IMG/VR virus record: IMGVR_UViG_3300032288_004964
Coordinates: 321,334-385,333 of that record
DNA length: 64,000 bases
Reading direction: 5' to 3' (one strand)
Part shown: positions 56,700-64,000 of the stretch, piece by piece
Position numbering within the stretch: the first letter of the stretch is position 1
Layout: every line of letters begins with the position of its first letter
Program-made: the position numbers and the translations under genes
Notes under the pieces: generated by a model
What the model saw: only the letters and a program-made list of their open reading frames with translations
Told to the model about the DNA's origin: nothing
The model's database searches: none

Positions 56700-56954
56700 T
56701 TACATTTCTATTTTTTCTACATCTTTTAAATCAACTGAGTATTCTCTACCATCAACTTCAACGGTGATTAAACCATCATCATCAATGTCTATAGGTTTTA
56801 ATGCTGATTTTGGATCATTATCTGGAAGGTCTTTTATTATAGTAGTATAGATAACACCACCATCTTTGATACATTTAATTATATCATCATTGGTAATTAA
56901 TGTTCCTTCTACATTATTTTGTTTAAAATCTTCAAATAATTTTATGTATCTCAT
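56700..56954 (-). CDS. putative internal virion protein (start revised from 57011)
   Basis: MRYIKLFEDF; TTATATATAG 4 nt before ATG. Confidence 0.7.
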   Translation of the reverse strand: MRYIKLFEDFKQNNVEGTLITNDDIIKCIKDGGVIYTTIIKDLPDNDPKSALKPIDIDDDGLITVEVDGREYSVDLKDVEKIEM

Positions 56955-56958
56955 AATT

Positions 56959-56982
56959 CTATATATAAAAAATAATATATAA
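56959..56982. promoter_or_regulatory. back-to-back late-promoter-like boxes
   Basis: TTATATATAG (minus, 56959-56968) and TAATATATAA (plus, 56973-56982) serving divergent tagged genes. Confidence 0.65.
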
Positions 56983-56988
56983 CATAGT

Positions 56989-57804
56989 ATGAAATATATC
57001 AAAAAATTCAATGAAGAGTTAAAGCCTGAAACTTATAGAAGAGCAGGTAGAATGTTAACTAGAATGAATAAGGTATCAAGAGGTGCCCCACTAGTGGATT
57101 ATGGTGATGAAAAGGAATTTGGATTCTATAATATGCACTTTGCTAATCCAAATTCATTAATTGGTGGTAATTCACTACAATTTACTAATCCAAGTGTTAA
57201 GTTTCATTTCCAACCATTTAATATAGGTAGAGATTCTTTAGTAGCAATAAAGGATTATGATGAAGAATCATTAGTTCAAGGTTGGTTAAGAGGTGATGTA
57301 AACTTAGCTGTTACATTTGAGTTTTTGTTTCAAGCAAGTCAATTAGTAAAAAATAAACTCAGACATGATGCATTAAATACTTGGGGTGGTACTCCAATGT
57401 TTGCAATACAATTAGATTTATGTGATTTTAATGGTGGTTTAGATGAGTGGAATACTGATCAAGATACTGGAGAAATGTTTCCAGAAGAACAAAGAACTGA
57501 TATGTATCATTACTTTGATAACACTTCTATAGCTGAATTACAATTGAAAAGACCAACTGGTACTTATTTTGGTATATTCTCGGATAGAAAATCAGCACTT
57601 AAATTTAAGAAAGAATTACCTAAATTGATTGAGCCACATATGGAAAAAATAATGGATATCTTATCTATTGTAGGTGGTGATGTGGAAGATTTTGAGAGAA
57701 TAAAGAAATCATTTGATGGAATCAGAGTCAATAATCTTTATGATGATGAAAAGATTCTAAATACTACTGGTTTGAATAACAGATGGTTTAGACATTTAAT
57801 ATAA
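56989..57804 (+). CDS. putative internal virion protein, EELxPxTY paralog 1
   Basis: MKYIKKFNEELKPETYRRAGRML...DRKSALKF. Confidence 0.75.
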   Translation: MKYIKKFNEELKPETYRRAGRMLTRMNKVSRGAPLVDYGDEKEFGFYNMHFANPNSLIGGNSLQFTNPSVKFHFQPFNIGRDSLVAIKDYDEESLVQGWLRGDVNLAVTFEFLFQASQLVKNKLRHDALNTWGGTPMFAIQLDLCDFNGGLDEWNTDQDTGEMFPEEQRTDMYHYFDNTSIAELQLKRPTGTYFGIFSDRKSALKFKKELPKLIEPHMEKIMDILSIVGGDVEDFERIKKSFDGIRVNNLYDDEKILNTTGLNNRWFRHLI

Positions 57805-57818
57805 AATAAAAAAGGATT

Positions 57819-58580
57819 ATGAAATATTTAAAAAGATTTAACGAAGAATTAAAACCAGGAACTTATTTTAGTGCTGCTAGAAAACTTACTAAATTAGGTG
57901 ATACAGATAGAGCTTCTAAATTAAAAGATTGGGGTCAAAAGGTAGAGATGAGTGAAAACCTTATCAAATGGAAAGAAAATCTTCAAACCTATTCACCTTT
58001 TGGGATATTTAAATTAAATATTGTTAATCCTAAAAACGGTAAAAAATTAACTGGAGATTTTGCTTTAGATTTTAATTTTGATCCAGATTCATTTGCTGAT
58101 AATTATGAGTGTGAAAAAGAAGAGAATCCTAATGATATAACAAATCAGTATATTACTTTCTTTCTTGGATTAATTCCCACATCAGAAGAATTAATACAAC
58201 AATGTGAAGAAGTAATGCCAGCACCTGAAATGAGTAATGGATTTTACTGGGGTATATCCTGTTCAATTAAATTTGATATAGTTAATGGTGTGATTAATTT
58301 TAAAGAATTATTACTTGATTCTTATGATGATAACTTATCTGGTAAAATTACAATTGCTGATAGACCTTCTGCTGGTAAATTTAAGATGGTATTAAAAAAT
58401 CTATTTAGTAATCCAGGTTATAATTACCCAAGTTCAAGAACTGATTGCTCATCACAATGGGAAGCATTAGAAAGAACTATTTTAACTGAATGTGGATTCT
58501 CATCTGAATATGGATTTGAGTTAGAACAAGTAGCTAATTTTATTAATACAATATCACCAAATACATTATATAAACCTTAA
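57819..58580 (+). CDS. putative internal virion protein, paralog 2
   Basis: MKYLKRFNEELKPGTYFSAARKL...DRPSAGKF. Confidence 0.75.
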   Translation: MKYLKRFNEELKPGTYFSAARKLTKLGDTDRASKLKDWGQKVEMSENLIKWKENLQTYSPFGIFKLNIVNPKNGKKLTGDFALDFNFDPDSFADNYECEKEENPNDITNQYITFFLGLIPTSEELIQQCEEVMPAPEMSNGFYWGISCSIKFDIVNGVINFKELLLDSYDDNLSGKITIADRPSAGKFKMVLKNLFSNPGYNYPSSRTDCSSQWEALERTILTECGFSSEYGFELEQVANFINTISPNTLYKP

Positions 58581-58581
58581 T

Positions 58582-59382
58582 ATGAAATATTTAAAGAGAT
58601 ATAACGAAGAATTATTACCTAGCACATATAGATCTGCTTCTACTAAACTAAAGACCATTGGTCATGTTAGAAGAAGTGGTGAAATGGAAGCTTATGCTAA
58701 AGAATTAGAAGAAAAGGAAAGGCTTAGGAAAAATGAAATTAGAAGACAAGGTATGACTTCGATTGATCCATTTCATTTAATTTATTTAAAATCATCATAT
58801 AATTCAAGCACTAAATCACACTCAGAAAAATTTCTTTGTGATGGTTTATTTTATATAGAACCATCTTTTGATTGGTCTTGGTTTTCAGATATGTATGTAG
58901 ATTGGGAAAATGATAATTTTTCATATACACTATCTTTACCATTTGAATTTGGAACAATGCCAGCAGATGAAGAAACTCAACAAAAATTTGATGCAGCTCC
59001 TTTTTCAGAAGAAGCATATGAGGGTGTTCATTATGGAACAAGAATGTGGTTAAATATTATTAATCAAAATGAGAGAGATGTTAGTGTTTCTGGTAAGTAT
59101 AGTTGGGAAGGTCGTGATAGTGATGAATTTGTTTTTGCGACTAGACAAGAAGCTATTAGATTTAAGAAATGTTTAGCTGATGCGGTTGAAGGTAAAACAC
59201 AATGGGGTAAAACTGGATGGGCACCTGAAGGAATACAATCTAATTTTAATGATTACTTCAAAAATAGTAAAGAATGGAGAGAAAAAAATAATAAACCAGA
59301 AAGTCATTTTACTAAAGATGATATGCCGAAAATAGCAGAGTCTATTAGAAGAATGTCTTTAAATCAAATATATAGAAACTAA
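58582..59382 (+). CDS. putative internal virion protein, paralog 3
   Basis: MKYLKRYNEELLPSTYRSASTKL...TRQEAIRF. Confidence 0.75.
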   Translation: MKYLKRYNEELLPSTYRSASTKLKTIGHVRRSGEMEAYAKELEEKERLRKNEIRRQGMTSIDPFHLIYLKSSYNSSTKSHSEKFLCDGLFYIEPSFDWSWFSDMYVDWENDNFSYTLSLPFEFGTMPADEETQQKFDAAPFSEEAYEGVHYGTRMWLNIINQNERDVSVSGKYSWEGRDSDEFVFATRQEAIRFKKCLADAVEGKTQWGKTGWAPEGIQSNFNDYFKNSKEWREKNNKPESHFTKDDMPKIAESIRRMSLNQIYRN

Positions 59383-60572
59383 TGAAATACTTAAAGGCAT
59401 ATGAAGGTTTTGATAACAAATCACCAGAAGGTGTAAAGTTATATTGCCATGACTTACTTGCTGAATTAAGAGATGAAGGTTTCAAAACATCTGTAGAAGT
59501 TTCTGGTAAATGGTTAGAACCCTTATCTATGAAAAACAAGTCATATGTTGCTATTAATATATCAAAGAATATAGAAGTTACTGAATCTACATTGACTGAT
59601 GATATAAACGCATTTAAATGGAGAGATATTAAAGAATATGTTGATGTAGTAGCTAATTACTTATCTGAATTAGGTTTTAAAGACATGACTCTATTGCATC
59701 AAGAGCCTGGTCGTAAAATAGTAGGAAGAGATGCTATCAGAAATCCTTATGATTTTTCAATTCGTGGAATTAAAAACTCCTGTGATTTATGGTATGTAAG
59801 ATATGAACCAGAAGAGACAAATGAAGAATTAAAATCCGATGTTTATAAATCAGCTGCTGATAAATTAATCAAAATAGGTCATATTAAAAGACCTGAGGAA
59901 CTAATGAAGTGGCATGATGTTATTAAGAAAAGAGAACAGGATATCATAAAGAAGAAATCAATTGAGGATGCTAAGCAGTTTGGTGTATATCAATGTAAAT
60001 TGAGTTTTAGACATAGAATTGTAAACAATAGGGCAGAATATAAAGATTTTACTGGTGATTTTTATTTGAGGTTATATTATGATTCTGATCAATTTAGTCA
60101 AAATCATGACGAAGACTTTGTACATGATGGTGGTGGTATGTGGTTACCTTTTAGTTTTGGTATAATACCGGTAAATGCAGAAGCTGAAGAATATTGTCAA
60201 GAAATTGTAGAACCAATAAATGGATTATCAAGAGACGGTGTGACTTATTGGCTCGGCTGTTTTTGGTTAAATTTAACAGAAGGTAACGCCCCTGGTGATT
60301 TAACTTTTAAACCTGTTGGAAAAGGTTACTTTGAATGTTATGAGGGTAATTTTGATCTAGCTAACAGAAAATCTGCTGTACAGTTCAAAAATAAATTATT
60401 TGAGTTATTCAAAGGTGATATAGTTCTTAATGAAACACCTCAATTACCAGGTGGTGAAAAAGAAAGAATCATTGATGATTTATGTAATGAGATGGGTCAT
60501 GGTATTGATGAGTTTGAGGAAATTATGAACTCAATTAAAAAAATTAACTTAAATAAGCTCTATAAGGACTAA
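59382..60572 (+). CDS. putative internal virion protein, fusion of ELxDEGF module and paralog 4
   Basis: MKYLKAYEGF..LAELRDEGF; internal NEELKSDVYKSAADKL...NRKSAVQF. Confidence 0.75.
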   Translation: MKYLKAYEGFDNKSPEGVKLYCHDLLAELRDEGFKTSVEVSGKWLEPLSMKNKSYVAINISKNIEVTESTLTDDINAFKWRDIKEYVDVVANYLSELGFKDMTLLHQEPGRKIVGRDAIRNPYDFSIRGIKNSCDLWYVRYEPEETNEELKSDVYKSAADKLIKIGHIKRPEELMKWHDVIKKREQDIIKKKSIEDAKQFGVYQCKLSFRHRIVNNRAEYKDFTGDFYLRLYYDSDQFSQNHDEDFVHDGGGMWLPFSFGIIPVNAEAEEYCQEIVEPINGLSRDGVTYWLGCFWLNLTEGNAPGDLTFKPVGKGYFECYEGNFDLANRKSAVQFKNKLFELFKGDIVLNETPQLPGGEKERIIDDLCNEMGHGIDEFEEIMNSIKKINLNKLYKD

Positions 60573-61252
60573 TGAAATATCTAAAATCACATATGATATT
60601 TGAAAGTTTGAATAAACATTTCAAACTAAGCCAATCTATTTTAAATGAACTAAGAGGTCAGAATAAAATAATCGAAGATGTTGAAGATATTATGTTAGAA
60701 GTTGGTGATTCTTGGGGATTTGAAGTTCCACCATCTTATGAATTAAGAGATTCAAGTAATCCACAAAATCAACACTATGCTGAGTTAAGAACTCAAAAGA
60801 ATTTAGACTACTTTGGGATGGATGAAGGTGATTTTGATGAGCCTGTAGAAGATTATAAATGGACTATTGATTTTGTTAATGATATCAGAAGTGGTAAAAG
60901 AAATAAATTAATCTTAGATATAGATTTTCAATATGCTAATGATTCAAATGGATTTAAACCACTTAAATTAAGTGATGAACAAAAGAAAACCTTAGATGAA
61001 GTAGAAGAAAGACTAAAATCTATTGGATGTGAAGTAGATTATGAATACAGCAATGATGGTAGTAATCTTGGACCAGGTCTTTGGAAAATAAGAGTTAGTG
61101 TTCCGGTTAAGTTTCAACCAAATAAAGTAATAAGTGGTTTAGATGGATTTTCAAAAGATTTTATAAAAGATTTTACTAAATTTGTAAAAGATTATTCAAT
61201 TGATATAGATGGTCAGGTTAAACTATCAAATCTAATAAGAAGAGCGAAATGA
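60572..61252 (+). CDS. putative internal virion protein (N-terminal tag)
   Basis: MKYLKSHMIFES. Confidence 0.7.
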   Translation: MKYLKSHMIFESLNKHFKLSQSILNELRGQNKIIEDVEDIMLEVGDSWGFEVPPSYELRDSSNPQNQHYAELRTQKNLDYFGMDEGDFDEPVEDYKWTIDFVNDIRSGKRNKLILDIDFQYANDSNGFKPLKLSDEQKKTLDEVEERLKSIGCEVDYEYSNDGSNLGPGLWKIRVSVPVKFQPNKVISGLDGFSKDFIKDFTKFVKDYSIDIDGQVKLSNLIRRAK

Positions 61253-61644
61253 AACATTTGAAGAAGTATGAAAATAAATCTGATGATTGGAGCGAATCAG
61301 AATTTAATGTAATAAAAGATATCTTATTAGAGATTAAAGATAGTTATCCTACTATAGATGGTGAAATATTAAGATATGATGAAAAAGCTTATTTATCAAA
61401 GCCTGAATTCACAATTAACGGTAAACTTATTTACCTAATAAAATTAGATTGTTCTAATATAAAAATAGAAGGTGATACTTATAGTTTAGAATACTATGAT
61501 AGCAAAATTAAGTTTATGAATCTAGTTAAAGAAGTTTGCTGGAGATTAGAAAGAGCTTTAGATGTTAAGGTTAGAATACCTAACTTTGATGATTTCGATC
61601 ATTGGCAATATGAAGAAATGAAAATACAATTAATTAAACTTTAG
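61249..61644 (+). CDS. putative internal virion protein (N-terminal tag)
   Basis: MKHLKKYENK; IKDILLEIKD; ends in TAG. Confidence 0.7.
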   Translation: MKHLKKYENKSDDWSESEFNVIKDILLEIKDSYPTIDGEILRYDEKAYLSKPEFTINGKLIYLIKLDCSNIKIEGDTYSLEYYDSKIKFMNLVKEVCWRLERALDVKVRIPNFDDFDHWQYEEMKIQLIKL

Positions 61645-61656
61645 GGATTTTTTTAT

Positions 61657-61676
61657 TATATTTGTATAATATATAC
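61657..61676 (+). promoter_or_regulatory. tandem host-type and late-type promoter boxes
   Basis: TATATTTG (61657-61664) then TAATATATAC (61667-61676), ATG at 61680. Confidence 0.7.
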
Positions 61677-61679
61677 CTA

Positions 61680-62846
61680 ATGAAAATCAAAAAATACAAA
61701 TCATTCTTAGAATCTAAATCCGATATGTGGGATATCATTCCACAATCTGTTAAAGATTTACACAATCTATTCCAATCAGCTGGAAAGAAACTTTACTTAG
61801 TTGGTGGTTCTGTCCGTGACTTCTTAACAGGAGATAAACCAAAAGATTTTGACTTAGCAACCGATGCTCTTCCTGATGAGGTATTAGAAATTGTTGGTGA
61901 AAAATTTAGAACTAACTTACAGGGTAAAGCATTCGGAGTGGTTGTTGTTTATACTAAAGAAGTTCCAGAAGGAATGGAAGTAGCTACATTTAGACAAGAT
62001 GTTAGTAAAGGTAGAAACCCTGAGGTTAAATTAGGAGTTACTATTGAAGATGATGTTAAGCGTAGAGATTTAACATATAACTCACTTTTTTATGATTTAG
62101 ATACTCGTCAAATTGTTGACTTAGTTGGAGGTAAAGAAGATTTAGAATCTGGTGTCACAAGAATGGTTGGTGATCCAATTGAAAGATTTGATGAAGATTC
62201 ATTAAGAATTTTAAGAGCGTTTAGGTTCTCTTCAAGATATGAACATCCCTTACATAAAGATACTGAAAAGGCAATTGAAAAAAGAAAACAACTTCAAAAC
62301 ATTGACCCAGAGACTGGTGAAATGAAAAGAATCTCTCAAGAAAGAGTTTGGGAAGAAATGCGTAAAGCTTGGAAACAAGCTAAAGATTACAACTACTACT
62401 TATCTTATTTTACTAAGTTCCATATGTGGGATGAAGTTTTTCCAGGTGCTAATATCAATACTAACTTAGTTAAATCAAAAGACTTTGTAGTTGTGATTGC
62501 TAACTTATTTAAGAATGAATCTACTATTGGGTTAGAGAATAAACTGGTTCAAGAATATAAGATTGAAATTGAATTGGCTACTAAAGTAGTTTTCTTAATT
62601 TCTTTATTAAATTTCAAAGTAGAAGATGTATTTGATATCTACAAGAAAAAACAACAATGTGCTATTACTGATGCTACTATTTTAGAATGGATTAAACTAA
62701 TGGATTTATCAGATATGGTGATTAAGTTTGTTCAATATAAACCAAGTGTATCAGCACAAGAATTGATGTCTCAAGGATTTAAGGGTAAAGATCTTGGAAT
62801 TGAAATTAAGAGATTAGAGATAGAAAAATTCAAATCAATGATATAA
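61680..62846 (+). CDS. cca: CCA-adding enzyme / poly(A) polymerase family nucleotidyltransferase with N-terminal tag (start revised from 61662)
   Basis: VGGSVRD, KDFDLAT, EVATFR, DDVKRRDLTYN, DEDSLRILRAFRF; MKIKKYKSFLES. Confidence 0.88.
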   Translation: MKIKKYKSFLESKSDMWDIIPQSVKDLHNLFQSAGKKLYLVGGSVRDFLTGDKPKDFDLATDALPDEVLEIVGEKFRTNLQGKAFGVVVVYTKEVPEGMEVATFRQDVSKGRNPEVKLGVTIEDDVKRRDLTYNSLFYDLDTRQIVDLVGGKEDLESGVTRMVGDPIERFDEDSLRILRAFRFSSRYEHPLHKDTEKAIEKRKQLQNIDPETGEMKRISQERVWEEMRKAWKQAKDYNYYLSYFTKFHMWDEVFPGANINTNLVKSKDFVVVIANLFKNESTIGLENKLVQEYKIEIELATKVVFLISLLNFKVEDVFDIYKKKQQCAITDATILEWIKLMDLSDMVIKFVQYKPSVSAQELMSQGFKGKDLGIEIKRLEIEKFKSMI

Positions 62847-62859
62847 TATATAGACAACT

Positions 62860-63597
62860 ATGATATACTACTTAACATATTTAAAAGACACAATAGGAAA
62901 TAATTACCTGGGTATTCAAATACCAAATGGTTCAATTAATCCATTCTTAAATGAATTAAAAGACATTATCGGTGAAGATGATTTCAAAACTTATACCGAG
63001 AACCAACAAAAAAGAGATCACGGTGATTATCATATTACCGTTATTAATGTAATGGAATACAATGCTCTTTCTAAGAGTATGGGTATAGATAAGTTTATTA
63101 ATTCCTTAGAACCTATTTTCAAATATGAGATTGATGATTTGAAAATGATGGGTGTTGGAACTGCAACTAAGAATGAGAACAGAGCTTATTTTGTTGTTAT
63201 TAATTCTGATAAGTTGGACGCGATTAGAGATAGATATGAATTACCTAAACAGGATTTTCATATTACATTAGGATTTAAATTTAAAGATGTATTTGGTGTT
63301 AGAAAAAATCAAGTTTTGGAAAAAGAAGGAAAATTCTTACAACTTTTGAAGCAGGAATATTATAAGAATGTCAACTGGGAGTTTATAAAAACAATAGGTA
63401 ATTTTAATCTAAATAAAGATGAGGAATTAACACCAGTAGATATATCAGATAGTAGAATAAAATTTAAGTGTGGTGATAATTACATTGATGTTGGTTTATT
63501 AGATGATGAGAAATTTTGGGTAATGGCTCAATATCCAATAGTAGAAGAAATGCCGAGATTATCGGAAACAGAGATAGCAAAGAAACTTAAAAAATAA
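62860..63597 (+). CDS. 2H phosphoesterase
   Basis: two HxT motifs, YHITV and FHITL; TAATATATAG 6 nt before ATG. Confidence 0.8.
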   Translation: MIYYLTYLKDTIGNNYLGIQIPNGSINPFLNELKDIIGEDDFKTYTENQQKRDHGDYHITVINVMEYNALSKSMGIDKFINSLEPIFKYEIDDLKMMGVGTATKNENRAYFVVINSDKLDAIRDRYELPKQDFHITLGFKFKDVFGVRKNQVLEKEGKFLQLLKQEYYKNVNWEFIKTIGNFNLNKDEELTPVDISDSRIKFKCGDNYIDVGLLDDEKFWVMAQYPIVEEMPRLSETEIAKKLKK

Positions 63598-63607
63598 AAT
63601 ATACTGA

Positions 63608-63886
63608 ATGGAAACTATGTTTAATTATTACAGCTTAGATGAGTGCATTGACAGAGATGCAGTATTAGAGAAGTTAGTGAAATTGAAAAATGACGGAAAA
63701 ATAATCTATAGTGTTGATATGGATATCCTTAAAATGGAAGATATTGACTTAGAAGAAAAAGACATTAAAAGCTTAGAAAAATTATTTGATGATAATGATG
63801 TTTATCCTTATTTAGACCTAAATGGTGAAGAAGGAGATGAAGGTGATGGATTTGATGATTTTGATGATGATTATGATGATTACTAA
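63608..63886 (+). CDS. acidic hypothetical protein
   Basis: tail GEEGDEGDGFDDFDDDYDDY. Confidence 0.75.
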   Translation: METMFNYYSLDECIDRDAVLEKLVKLKNDGKIIYSVDMDILKMEDIDLEEKDIKSLEKLFDDNDVYPYLDLNGEEGDEGDGFDDFDDDYDDY

Positions 63887-63905
63887 TAATTAAAAACTTA
63901 TAACT

Positions 63906-64000
63906 ATGACAAACGAGTATGAAATGCAAAACTTCTGGAGATTAGAAATTCAGAATGATGAAAAAGAAAAAATAAAAGACGAGAACTATTGTTATTATAG
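63906..64000 (+). CDS. partial ORF running off the window end
   Basis: MTNEYEMQNFWRLEIQNDEKEK... Confidence 0.5.
   Translation, partial: MTNEYEMQNFWRLEIQNDEKEKIKDENYCYY

Noticed and set aside
40382-59539. Shadow ORFs 40382-40675, 42770-42970, 44082-44270, 46279-46473, 47635-47829, 49832-50029, 50335-50541, 53065-53597 set, 56076-56342, 56414-56602, 58811-59041, 59345-59539
   Set aside because: Nested in or antisense to longer supported genes
1-64000. Bacterial chromosome (dnaK, nusG, adk, plsY present)
   Set aside because: T4-type topoisomerase, Rnl1, neck protein, homing endonucleases and dense small unknown ORFs indicate a phage; host-like genes are scattered singly
1-64000. Genome-wide TAG reassignment
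   Set aside because: Known enzymes are full length in code 11, and no in-frame TAG was found joining two ORFs into a better protein
1-64000. CRISPR array or IS element
   Set aside because: No regularly spaced repeats, transposase or terminal inverted repeats seen

Overview
AT-rich, gene-dense segment of a very large T4-like (jumbo) phage genome. The host is most likely a Bacteroidota bacterium: TAnnTTTG promoters, no obvious Shine-Dalgarno sites, T9SS-type cargo proteins. Phage markers are a gp13-like neck protein, a split T4-type topoisomerase II, Rnl1 RNA ligase, an RNase H/FEN nuclease, dCMP deaminase and four homing-endonuclease-like genes. Host-like genes include dnaK, dnaJ, grpE, cspA, nusG, adk, plsY, uvsE, a rhomboid protease and a CCA-adding enzyme. 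Two RNA genes are visible: a compact ~210-nt RNase P RNA and a tRNA with anticodon CUA (amber). Two short protein tags recur. About 20 proteins start with an MKxLKx(F/Y)xE motif resembling the T4 capsid-targeting sequence, mostly behind a TAATATATA late-promoter-like box. About 20 others end in an R-x-x-K-I-x-x-I-L tail. The most striking item is three coupled mini-genes (20949-21463) that look like short fragments of portal, prohead protease and major capsid protein, each fused to that tail; these may be immune decoys or assembly inhibitors. All family calls come from motif recognition by eye; no searches were run.
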